From the NCBI GenBank assembly GCA_963733055.1, contig CAVTBR010000002.1, forward strand, positions 384,001 to 448,000: DNA of 64,000 nucleotides, written 5' to 3'. Of the stretch, positions 39,228-48,065 are shown in pieces; the stretch's first letter is position 1, and each line of letters opens with the position of its first letter. This DNA comes from Candidatus Bathyarchaeota archaeon. GTDB lineage: Archaea; Thermoproteota; Bathyarchaeia; 40CM-2-53-6. Below the pieces are notes generated by a model. That model saw nothing but the letters and a program-made list of their open reading frames with translations. It searched no databases and was not told the DNA's origin. The position numbers and the translations under genes were made by a program.

Positions 39228-39788
39228 CTACGTTTTAGGTGTAGTTGGAGGTTTCCAAGTTAATGCGAATATTCCGCCGAGAACTCCAAGAACCAACCCT
39301 ACGCCGAAGCCTGCCATTGCACTTCCGAATATGCTAAGCACGGAGAAGATCAGGATTAGGAGGCCCCATTTTGAGTGTTCGATTGGTTTGTTGTAAAGCA
39401 TCACGGCGCTAACTATGACTAATATTCCGAACACTATGCCTGCAAGGCCGAATATTCCCCCGAACCCGAAGCCATACCCTCCCATCATTCCGAACCCCGG
39501 ACTTGACAAGTATCGGCCCATCATGCCTCCGTACGAGTCATTTCCATTGTATCCGGTATACCCACTATACCCTGAATAACCGTTCATCATCCCACTCCAC
39601 CACCCGTTTCCGTTGTTTCCATAACCTGAGTAACCGTTCATCATTCCTCCAAACCCTCCATAACCGCGCATCATTCCACCGAGCCCGTAAGGGTTGAACA
39701 TTGACATCATTCCTCCACCAACCAGAATGAAGACGCCCCCAATCAATGAAAGGACGAAAGCGACTATAGGTTTCTCTTCTGCTGTCAT
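39228..39788 (-). CDS. Membrane protein with Gly/Met/Tyr-rich repeat loop
   Basis: AFVLSLIGG TM, repeated GMMNGYSGY, three C-terminal TMs; ATG 39788 preferred. Confidence 0.75.
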   Translation of the reverse strand: MTAEEKPIVAFVLSLIGGVFILVGGGMMSMFNPYGLGGMMRGYGGFGGMMNGYSGYGNNGNGWWSGMMNGYSGYSGYTGYNGNDSYGGMMGRYLSSPGFGMMGGYGFGFGGIFGLAGIVFGILVIVSAVMLYNKPIEHSKWGLLILIFSVLSIFGSAMAGFGVGLVLGVLGGIFALTWKPPTTPKT

Positions 39789-39908
39789 GTCTTGATTTCG
39801 TCTCTGCCTAAATGAATTCCAAACGACCAATTCATCACATTACACTTAAACCACGTGTCCACTCAGCAAGACACTGTCTTGCAATACCGCCATTCTATAC
39901 GAATCCTG

Positions 39909-40172
39909 TCAGGAGCCGCCGTGTTTCCGTATCGCCTGAATCATTTCGGAGGCGTCAACCTTACCCTTCGCGATCAGTTTGTCATCCAAAAAGACCGCGG
40001 GAGGATAGGTGATGCCGTTTCCTATTGAGAGTTTAACACCTAGCTCGGAAGTGTATTCAACTTCCTCCACTTTCAGGTTCGGCATTTCAGCTTGCAACTC
40101 CTTCAAGATTCGCTTTACACGTAGACAAGGAGTGCAGCCGTAGCTGGTAACGAGCAAGATATTGGGCATCAT
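39909..40172 (-). CDS. Thioredoxin/glutaredoxin-like protein
   Basis: CTPC motif and cis-Pro loop YPPAV. Confidence 0.85.
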   Translation of the reverse strand: MMPNILLVTSYGCTPCLRVKRILKELQAEMPNLKVEEVEYTSELGVKLSIGNGITYPPAVFLDDKLIAKGKVDASEMIQAIRKHGGS

Positions 40173-40182
40173 CGTCTACCGT

Positions 40183-41070
40183 CTATGGTTTCCGAAGACG
40201 CTTGGCTCGCCAGAAATGCACGATTACTAGGGTGACAGACGCGAGCGCGACCACTCCAAATACGGTGACTGTCCCAAGCGAGATGGAGGCGAAATTTGTC
40301 AGCAGGTTCTTCTGAAGTCGTGCTTGCACAACTCCGACCAGAGAAGCTCCAGGTGCGGGAATCATCGTTCCGCTAAATCCAACTAGGATGTTTACTGCGC
40401 CCATGACGATAAAGATCAAGCCTGCGATTAGTTTTGATGAGTGGGCTGAGAATTCGTGTCCGAGAAACTTTAGATCTATAATTTTGCCCTCAAGAGGATT
40501 GGTTTCCGTCGCTTGGTATTTGTCCCAAACGAGAGCGATCAGAAACAAAGGAAACACCATTCCAACAACGTAGGTGACACCGATGAGTAACCCCTCCAGC
40601 ACGCTAGCTGATAGCGCTGCGAGGATTAGGACACCCGCTAATACGGGAGCGCAACAGGAGGTTGCAGCGCCTGAGAACATACCGAGCGTGTACACCGACG
40701 CAGCACTCCCCTTCTTCAGATCAACGGGGAAGTTAATTCTCGGAAGCATACCTCGACCCCATAAGGTCCAGAATCCGATCACTATCATGAGGAAGCCTCC
40801 GGCTACAAAGATTAGCACGTGGTTTGTTCCAAGAATTCTCCCTATGTAAGTAATCCCGAATGCTAGCGGGAGCATGATGGTGGCGATACCCATTGAGAAG
40901 ATCACTGTCATTCCTATGAGGTGGGTCTTCTGTTTGAAACTCTGGGCGAAGTAGGCAGGTAGGAGGACGCTGAAACAGCACGGCATGGCTAGAGCGATGA
41001 CTCCAGCAATGAAAGCAGCAATCACGTAAGCAAGCAACAGCAAAGACATTAGCGATGCTCCACCGTTCAA
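40183..41070 (-). CDS. ccdA: CcdA/DsbD-like transmembrane thiol-disulfide protein
   Basis: MPCCFSVLLP and SCCAPVL motifs in a multi-TM protein. Confidence 0.85.
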   Translation of the reverse strand: MNGGASLMSLLLLAYVIAAFIAGVIALAMPCCFSVLLPAYFAQSFKQKTHLIGMTVIFSMGIATIMLPLAFGITYIGRILGTNHVLIFVAGGFLMIVIGFWTLWGRGMLPRINFPVDLKKGSAASVYTLGMFSGAATSCCAPVLAGVLILAALSASVLEGLLIGVTYVVGMVFPLFLIALVWDKYQATETNPLEGKIIDLKFLGHEFSAHSSKLIAGLIFIVMGAVNILVGFSGTMIPAPGASLVGVVQARLQKNLLTNFASISLGTVTVFGVVALASVTLVIVHFWRAKRLRKP

Positions 41071-41091
41071 TAGTTTACGCGCAGGATCAAC

Positions 41092-41841
41092 TTACGCGCC
41101 AAGAGCTTGTTTCACTGCTGCTAAAATCTGATCATTTGGGACACTCATGTTGTAAGGCCCGTAGTCTTGACGCCAGATGATCGCTCCTTGCTCATTTACT
41201 AGAACGAACGAATGACCGGGTGCTGACCCGGGCATCATGCTCTTGTCCGGTCCGAGCATGTCATATGCTCTGCTAACCGTTAAGCTCTGATCGGATAGGA
41301 CCTTGCCATATTGGGGACCGCTCGAATGTGCCCAATCTGACAGAAGACTCAGTTGATCGCCTGTGATGCTAACCATCACTATATTCAGACTGGCGAACTG
41401 CGGATTCAACTGATCTAACTCTGTCATCTGCGTGAGACATGGAGCGCAGCTCAGTCCTTCATTGAAGAACAGCAACACGTTTGCCTTCCCTCTGTAGGAG
41501 GAGAGAGTAAACGATGCTCCGTCAACGCCAGGCAGAGTGAAGTCGGGCGCGACCGCCCCTATGACAATTGTAGTTCCGGTAGATTGTACTCGAGGCGTTA
41601 CCGCTAGATATCCAATTACCCCTGAGGCGACGATTAGGATTAGTAGGAAGACTGTCAGCTTTGTCTTCGATGGCCCATGGGCATAGTGTATCTCAGCTTT
41701 GTAACTTCGTAGTTCCTTCTCGGCCGTCAGCTCTTTCTCAAGCTCCGCGGGCCTTTGGGCGTTGTGATGCTTCGTATCGAAGTGTTGTGAAAATGCAACG
41801 TAGGACGTGAATTTCTTATGGCAACGTTCGCATTCGACCAT
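41092..41841 (-). CDS. C2H2 zinc finger + TM + TlpA/peroxiredoxin-like domain
   Basis: CERC...HFDTKH; TM; APDFTLP...LSCAPC. ATG 41841 preferred. Confidence 0.8.
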   Translation of the reverse strand: MVECERCHKKFTSYVAFSQHFDTKHHNAQRPAELEKELTAEKELRSYKAEIHYAHGPSKTKLTVFLLILIVASGVIGYLAVTPRVQSTGTTIVIGAVAPDFTLPGVDGASFTLSSYRGKANVLLFFNEGLSCAPCLTQMTELDQLNPQFASLNIVMVSITGDQLSLLSDWAHSSGPQYGKVLSDQSLTVSRAYDMLGPDKSMMPGSAPGHSFVLVNEQGAIIWRQDYGPYNMSVPNDQILAAVKQALGA

Positions 41842-41986
41842 GTGAGTGTGCTCCGATCTGAGCGCACATGGTTCGAGAATCATCTTAAGTAGAGTGTACA
41901 CAGTGAAGTGCAGAGTCTTGCTAATTTTCAGAAGTGAAAAACAGCGTGATGAAGACTGCCGGCATCATCCGTGTATGCGCCGAGGT

Positions 41987-42130
41987 CTACTTCGCGTATT
42001 TCTGTGGGTTCTTGTCGAACTGTTGTTTGCAAGCTGCTGAACAGAAGTAGATGGTCTTGCCCTCGTTCGTGCTCGTATACTTCGCGTCCTTCTCAGCTAC
42101 ATTCATTTTACAGATTGGATCTACGGCCAT
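41987..42130 (-). CDS. YHS/TRASH-domain metal chaperone (47 aa)
   Basis: Read manually: MAVDPICKMNVAEKDAKYTSTNEGKTIYFCSAACKQQFDKNPQKYAK*. Confidence 0.9.
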   Translation of the reverse strand: MAVDPICKMNVAEKDAKYTSTNEGKTIYFCSAACKQQFDKNPQKYAK

Positions 42131-42193
42131 CAAACTCATTTCCAACTCTTTACTCGATATTCTTCTATCTAAGGGCTTTCCTACAACTTTAAC

Positions 42194-42769
42194 TTGACAT
42201 CCATTCCAACCATTTTCGCGAGGAACCCAGAAACGATGCCAACCCCTGGAAAAACCAGGCCGAGAACCGTACCCAAATCCTTCCGAATAGACGAATCCGC
42301 ATCAGCGGCCGTCGAAAAGGAAGCAAATGCGCGAAACGTTAGCTCCAACACTCTCGTTAACCAGATTCTCAAACAATTCACGGAGTTCGATAGGTTCGCA
42401 GGACAGATCAATACTGTCAAAGTTAGTAGCTCTGTTTTCAGAAGTCTTCTCGAGCATGTAGACTCGGACAAGTTAGTTGAGGTCGCCAAAGCCGCGGGAA
42501 GTAGCATTCCCCAAGCGTTTGCAATATCGAAAAGTGGTAAAGTTGAAGTGAATTCCCTTTTGGATTATGTTCGTTGCTCAGCGATGTACGCCCACCTGTT
42601 TGAGTTCAACGAAACCGTTGACTCACGAACCCACCTAGTTACCCTCGTTCATGATTTTGGGTTGAACTGGTCCATCTTCCTCGTACATTACTTAACCGCG
42701 ATGTTTCAACAAATAGGAATCTCTCCTAAACAGGAGATGAGCGACCGTTCGGTCACGTTCACATTTTGA
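42194..42769 (+). CDS. Ribbon-helix-helix regulator with C-terminal V4R-like domain
   Basis: PKSFRID...EANARNVSSNTLVNQIL; HDFGLNWSIFL. Confidence 0.75.
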   Translation: MTSIPTIFARNPETMPTPGKTRPRTVPKSFRIDESASAAVEKEANARNVSSNTLVNQILKQFTEFDRFAGQINTVKVSSSVFRSLLEHVDSDKLVEVAKAAGSSIPQAFAISKSGKVEVNSLLDYVRCSAMYAHLFEFNETVDSRTHLVTLVHDFGLNWSIFLVHYLTAMFQQIGISPKQEMSDRSVTFTF

Positions 42770-42850
42770 GAGGGTGCTTGCAATACAGTGTGGTTCTCTG
42801 CGCACGCCTCCCTTAAGTCGGCCGTCGGGCTAACCCCGTACGGGTCACTT

Positions 42851-43126
42851 ATGAGCCAAACTCAGAAGACCATGGGGGAAGCAATTTTCTCACTTGACAC
42901 TCTGGGTTGCACTCATTGCGCCTCAATCATGAAAGCTGAGCTGAGACAGATGACGGGTGTACTTAGCGTTGAGCTGAATAACGTCGCAGGTACCCTTCGA
43001 GTGAACTTTGATCCCTCTGAGACTACGAGCGAGGCAATCCGCTACTCTTTGAAGGAGCTGTGTGGAGAAGTTAAGCCGACGACTCAGGTTAGCAGAAGGC
43101 ATCCGAAAGCGCGGAGAGTCAGCTAA
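42851..43126 (+). CDS. HMA-domain copper chaperone (CopZ-like)
   Basis: LGCTHCA motif; directly upstream of copA. Confidence 0.8.
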   Translation: MSQTQKTMGEAIFSLDTLGCTHCASIMKAELRQMTGVLSVELNNVAGTLRVNFDPSETTSEAIRYSLKELCGEVKPTTQVSRRHPKARRVS

Positions 43127-43137
43127 GGGAAAGTCGA

Positions 43138-45210
43138 ATGGCTAAAGACCCCATCTGCGGCATGTTCGTAGACGACGAGACCGCAACCATTACTCGGACA
43201 ATCCGTGGGACCAAGTGGTATTTCTGCAGCGAAACATGCGCCATGACTTTTGAGAAGCCCGAAGCCGAACTGAAGCGGCTCAAGCGTTTGGCAACCGTTG
43301 GCGCGATCCTTGCCGTACCGGCGCTCCTGTTCACTTGGCTGCCAATAATTCCGAACGCTTGGAACAACTACTTGCTCTTTCTTCTCGCGACACCTGTCCA
43401 GTTTGTTGTAGGTTGGCGTTTCTACAGAGGTGCTTACGACGCTCTCAGGAACAAGATGGGCAACATGGACGTTTTGATCGCCATTGGCACGAGCGCTGCT
43501 TGGGCATACAGCACCGTAGTCACCTTCCTGCCCTCCTTCTTCCATACCACTGGCGTCTATTTCGATACGGCTGCAATTATCATAACGCTAATCCTGTTAG
43601 GGAACCTGTTGGAATACCGCACCAAACGAAAAGCCTCTGAGGCAGTTCGGGTACTCCTCGACTTGCAGCCGAGGATGGCGCACGTCCTCCGCGATGGAAA
43701 TGAGATTGAGGTTCCAGTTGAGTCTGTGAAGGTTGAGGATATTCTATTCGTTCGTCCCGGCGAACGAATTCCCGTCGATGGGGTGGTCGTTGAAGGCCAC
43801 TCAGCCGTGGATCAATCGGCGATCACGGGAGAAAGCATTCCAGTTGAAAAGGGTCCTGGAGACGAGGTGATTGGGGCGACGATCAACACCTCCGGCTTGC
43901 TCAAGGTTCGTGCGTCGAAGGTAGGGGCCGACACTCTTCTTTCAAAGATCGTTCAATTGGTTGAAGAGGCACAGATGGCGCGGGCTCCCATCCAGCGCCT
44001 CGCGGATAGAGTTGCCGCCTACTTTGTTCCGGCAGTTATCCTGATCGCCCTCGGGGCAGGTCTCGGGTGGTTCTTTCTTGGGCAGTCATTGCTCGCCCTC
44101 CTTGTTTTCGTCTCGGTGATTGTAATCGCTTGTCCCTGCGCTCTTGGAATCGCAACTCCAGCCGCAATAATGGTGGGAACCGCCAAAGGTGCTCAAAATG
44201 GGATACTCATCAAGGGCGGTGAATACCTCGAGACAGCCCAAAAGGTAACAGCAATCGTGTTTGACAAGACCGGAACGCTGACTCGCGGTAAACCCTCAGT
44301 AACAGATGTAATACCAGTCGGAAGGCACACAAGACAAGAAATCTTTCAACTTGCGGCGTCAGCGGAGAAAGGGTCGGAACATCCACTTGGACGAGCAATA
44401 GTGAACGCTGCAATCGACGAGCACGTCAAGACCTCAGACGTTTCCTCCTTCAAAGCGGTTCCGGGAGAAGGAATCGTCGTTGAAAACGGTGGCCGTACAT
44501 TGCTCGTTGGAAATCGAAAGCTAATGGCACAACACAATGTGAGACTCGATCAAATTGAGACGTCCATCTCCAAGCTGGAGGAAGAAGGAAAAACCGTCAT
44601 GGTCGTGTCAACTGAGATTGAACCGCTTGGAGTAATCGGCCTTGCCGACACGCCCAAAGACGATGCTCTTGAAACGATAAGGGCGTTGCAGGACATGAAG
44701 ATCCAAGTCGTGATGCTGACAGGGGACAATGCACGAACCGCGAAGGCGGTTGCCAGCCAGTTGGGAATTGATAAGGTCGTTGCGGACGTTCTCCCTGAAC
44801 AAAAAGAGCAGGTGATCCGCGACCTACAAAAAGCGGGCAAAGTTGTTGGGATGGTCGGTGACGGAATAAATGATGCCCCAGCGCTGGCGGCTTCGGATAT
44901 TGGAATCGCTATCGGGAGCGGGACGGATGTAGCTGTCGAAACGGGGGGTATCGTTCTAGTGAAAAGCAAGTTGACAGATGTTGTGACGGCGATTAAACTC
45001 AGCAAGGCCACGGTTAGGAAGATCAAAGAGAACCTTTTCTGGGCTTTCTGCTACAACATAGCGCTGATACCGATCGCGGCAGGCGCGCTCGTACCCTTCC
45101 TCGGACAAAACTTCTACGAGATTATGCCCATCTTTGCGGGGGCCGCTATGGCCTTCAGCTCCGTGACAGTTGTTAGCAATTCTCTTCTGTTGAACCGATT
45201 CAAACCCTAA
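43138..45210 (+). CDS. copA: Cu(I)-exporting P1B-1 ATPase with N-terminal YHS domain
   Basis: DPICGM...[33 protein letters not shown] and MAFSS. Confidence 0.95.
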   Translation: MAKDPICGMFVDDETATITRTIRGTKWYFCSETCAMTFEKPEAELKRLKRLATVGAILAVPALLFTWLPIIPNAWNNYLLFLLATPVQFVVGWRFYRGAYDALRNKMGNMDVLIAIGTSAAWAYSTVVTFLPSFFHTTGVYFDTAAIIITLILLGNLLEYRTKRKASEAVRVLLDLQPRMAHVLRDGNEIEVPVESVKVEDILFVRPGERIPVDGVVVEGHSAVDQSAITGESIPVEKGPGDEVIGATINTSGLLKVRASKVGADTLLSKIVQLVEEAQMARAPIQRLADRVAAYFVPAVILIALGAGLGWFFLGQSLLALLVFVSVIVIACPCALGIATPAAIMVGTAKGAQNGILIKGGEYLETAQKVTAIVFDKTGTLTRGKPSVTDVIPVGRHTRQEIFQLAASAEKGSEHPLGRAIVNAAIDEHVKTSDVSSFKAVPGEGIVVENGGRTLLVGNRKLMAQHNVRLDQIETSISKLEEEGKTVMVVSTEIEPLGVIGLADTPKDDALETIRALQDMKIQVVMLTGDNARTAKAVASQLGIDKVVADVLPEQKEQVIRDLQKAGKVVGMVGDGINDAPALAASDIGIAIGSGTDVAVETGGIVLVKSKLTDVVTAIKLSKATVRKIKENLFWAFCYNIALIPIAAGALVPFLGQNFYEIMPIFAGAAMAFSSVTVVSNSLLLNRFKP

Positions 45211-45629
45211 GATGAGATTTGACTTGGTAGGCAGTCCCCACCAAGTGGGATTTACTGTGTCAAGTTCTGAAGGTGGAGCTATTTTGGTGTCTGCCTTGAC
45301 AATTGGGAAATAGCGTTGCTAGTCTGCTGAATGTGCTGAACTGCTTCCTGGTTGCGTCGCATCTCTTTGAAGCGTTGGCCGTACACGATGGCAGCCACGG
45401 TACGGAAGTTAGCGAAGCTCTGTTTCAGCGCAGGGATTCTTGCGAGATGTCGGAAAACTGAGCGTGCTTCTACCCTAGAGCCCTGCATCTCACGATTCAA
45501 ATCTGTATTTTGTTCACACAACGTCATATTTTTCTCACACTAACGTACAGTTCTATTTAGTATTAAAATCTTGCGTTCAGCCAACCAAACCACAATCTCA
45601 TTCCCTTAACTCTATATGGAGAGAGGTGA

Positions 45630-46283
45630 GTGAATATTCATGACGGTGAAGGACCGATGAGAGCCTTCAAAGTAATCAGGGACCCAAAGGGTTTCGATGT
45701 CATAGGCGACAAAACGCGCAGAAGAATCGTCTACATCCTGAGGGCAAGGGATCTCTCAGTTAGCCAGATCGCTGACGAGTTGGAAGTAACACCCCAGGCA
45801 ATTTATCACCACATAAAGAAACTCCTAGAAACGGGCATGGTTGAAATAGCCAAAGAAGAACGAATAGGCCACTTCATCGAGACCTACTACCGAGCCTCCG
45901 CAGAAGTCTTCGAATTCCAATACGGCGAAGCCGCCAGCCAAAAACCCGGGGAGGCACAAGCGAAAGATGCAATTAAGGCACTCGAACGTGTGGGCATAGT
46001 TCTGAAAGCAGACGACGAAACCGTCTCAAAATACGTCAGGCTCATGATGAAGGTAGAATCAACGGGGTCCAATCCCGAGATCGAAGAGAAAATAGCCGAA
46101 ATGCCGGACATCGATCTTCTCTGCTCACAACACGCTAAAAAACTGGCTCGATCTCTCTCGATGACGGATAAGCAGTTCGAGGAAATGCAAGAACTAGAGA
46201 GAAAAGCAAGGGCACTGCTGAAGGCCAAACTCGTCGAACCTAAACAAGTCGCCCACAAACCATTGAACCCTGTAAACGTGTAA
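45630..46283 (+). CDS. ArsR-family transcriptional regulator
   Basis: DKTRRRIVYIL...SVSQIADEL...AIYHHIKKL. Confidence 0.85.
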   Translation: MNIHDGEGPMRAFKVIRDPKGFDVIGDKTRRRIVYILRARDLSVSQIADELEVTPQAIYHHIKKLLETGMVEIAKEERIGHFIETYYRASAEVFEFQYGEAASQKPGEAQAKDAIKALERVGIVLKADDETVSKYVRLMMKVESTGSNPEIEEKIAEMPDIDLLCSQHAKKLARSLSMTDKQFEEMQELERKARALLKAKLVEPKQVAHKPLNPVNV

Positions 46284-46518
46284 AATTACTATATCCTAGC
46301 CAACTCCTTTGATCTATATGATTCTGAGCGGTTTCGGAAGCGCATCCATAACGGAACCCAATATCAACCATACTCCATTAGATTTTCATTTGGACCGTGC
46401 GTTGGCCGCATTGTCCGGCTGGATAAGCTGCTTGGTTGATGTAAATTCCAAGTTAAACGCTCAAATAGATTTGACGTGTTGAGTTTAGAGTCCATTTAGC
46501 CAACCAAGCCGAAACCTC

Positions 46519-46998
46519 ATGTCGTCGAGTGAGGTAAAAACCATGAAACGGGCTAAGTACATTCTAACAGCAGTTCTATTGATCGCTTTAACCGCGGTTG
46601 CATTTCAAATCTATTCAAGCAATTCGGTTGAACCGCAAACACTCTCAAGCCCATCCTTCGGGCCAGGACTCACTTCCCAACCAAACTATCCCAACCCATT
46701 ACCTCGAAACGTGACCCTAACCGGAGTCGTTACGTCATCCGTAGAGTCTCCTGCGTGCAAGTTGTCCAGTCCTCCGTGTGCGGTTGCCGACACCCCGTTG
46801 TACTACATTACCGTGAATGGATGGAATTACCGGCTGATCTTTTCAAACTCAACCAGAGTTCCGCTGAACCACGCCCGCATTATGGTTACCGGAGTCTTCG
46901 TCACTCCCTCCACCTACCAACCAGGTCAGTGGAGTCCTCAGATGAACTTCCACGGCGACATCTACGTCACAAGCTACTACTACCCATCTCCATACTAA
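46519..46998 (+). CDS. Secreted hypothetical protein
   Basis: N-terminal signal/TM segment, Cys pair, beta-rich domain. Confidence 0.65.
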   Translation: MSSSEVKTMKRAKYILTAVLLIALTAVAFQIYSSNSVEPQTLSSPSFGPGLTSQPNYPNPLPRNVTLTGVVTSSVESPACKLSSPPCAVADTPLYYITVNGWNYRLIFSNSTRVPLNHARIMVTGVFVTPSTYQPGQWSPQMNFHGDIYVTSYYYPSPY

Positions 46999-47238
46999 CA
47001 ACCTCCGAACCAAATTCTCGTCGATGAGCACTGTTAGCAATACGCCTGAGACTGCAACCTAACTCCGTTTCGACCCCTCGGGCCAGGGTCAGCAGCTGTA
47101 TGCCGAATTCTCAGTCCCACCAAAAACCAGTAACTTAGACGTCATGGGTTTTCATTTTGCGCTTCGGCGGCATTCTGCGAGTCGCTGAAAATATAGAGCA
47201 CTATTTCTACCTCAGAAGGCATCACCTCTACGGGTTGG

Positions 47239-48000
47239 TTGATTTTGAGGATTGAAGGGCACACGGTATTGATCACTGGCGGTGCAACTGGCATTGGCTT
47301 CGCCTTGGCTGAAGCATTTGCGCGTGCTGGAAGCGAGGTCATCCTATGTGGGCGTCGCCGAACCAAATTGAAAGAAGCAAAATCGAAGATTCCAGCTGCG
47401 CACATAAGAAAGTGCGACGTGTCGGTGGAGTCTGAGAGACAAGAACTACTCCGTTGGAGCACGTCAACTTTTCCAGGTCTCGACATCCTAGTCAACAACG
47501 CCGGAATACAAAGACAGGTCGACTTCACCTCACCCAAGATCAGCGGGAGAGTTCCTCCTGCGGACAATGAACTCGCCATAAACCTAGAATCAACCATACG
47601 GCTTTGTGCATTGTTCGCGCCAAAATTCTTAGTGAAGAAAAGTGCGGCTATCGTGAACATCTCGTCAGGCCTCGCCTTCGTACCAATCGCAGAGATGCCC
47701 ATCTACTGCGCTACAAAAGCGGCAATCCATTCATTCACAACCTCCCTGCGCCACCAACTCAAGGACACGTCGGTAAGAGTGTTCGAGGCGATTCCGCCGA
47801 CGACCGACACGGAACTTGATGCAAGCTTCGCCGGCGAAGAAGAGCAGGCTTACCGCGGAATCAGCCCACAGGAAGTTGCGACAGCCATCATTGATGGACT
47901 AAAGGAGGACAGACAGGAAATAGTAATCGGACAAGCCCAACGCCTCCAGAAGGCGTCTATGCAAAACCCCGAACAAATCTTCAACCAATTAAACGACTAA
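47239..48000 (+). CDS. Short-chain dehydrogenase/reductase (DltE-like)
   Basis: TGGATGIG, NNAG and YCATK. Confidence 0.92.
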   Translation: MILRIEGHTVLITGGATGIGFALAEAFARAGSEVILCGRRRTKLKEAKSKIPAAHIRKCDVSVESERQELLRWSTSTFPGLDILVNNAGIQRQVDFTSPKISGRVPPADNELAINLESTIRLCALFAPKFLVKKSAAIVNISSGLAFVPIAEMPIYCATKAAIHSFTTSLRHQLKDTSVRVFEAIPPTTDTELDASFAGEEEQAYRGISPQEVATAIIDGLKEDRQEIVIGQAQRLQKASMQNPEQIFNQLND

Positions 48001-48065
48001 ACCACGATCAGACTGCAGAAAGATCAGACTCCTTGTTTGAATAAAAAGCGCTTGGGATGGTCGCT

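Noticed and set aside
45225-45265. Hairpin after copA as an ncRNA
   Set aside because: Short imperfect stem (CCCAC-CAA-GTGGG), compatible with chance or a simple terminator.
45579-46511. Recurring CAACCAA motif around the ArsR gene
   Set aside because: Only about 10-bp matches at a few sites, without consistent spacing; too weak to call an operator.
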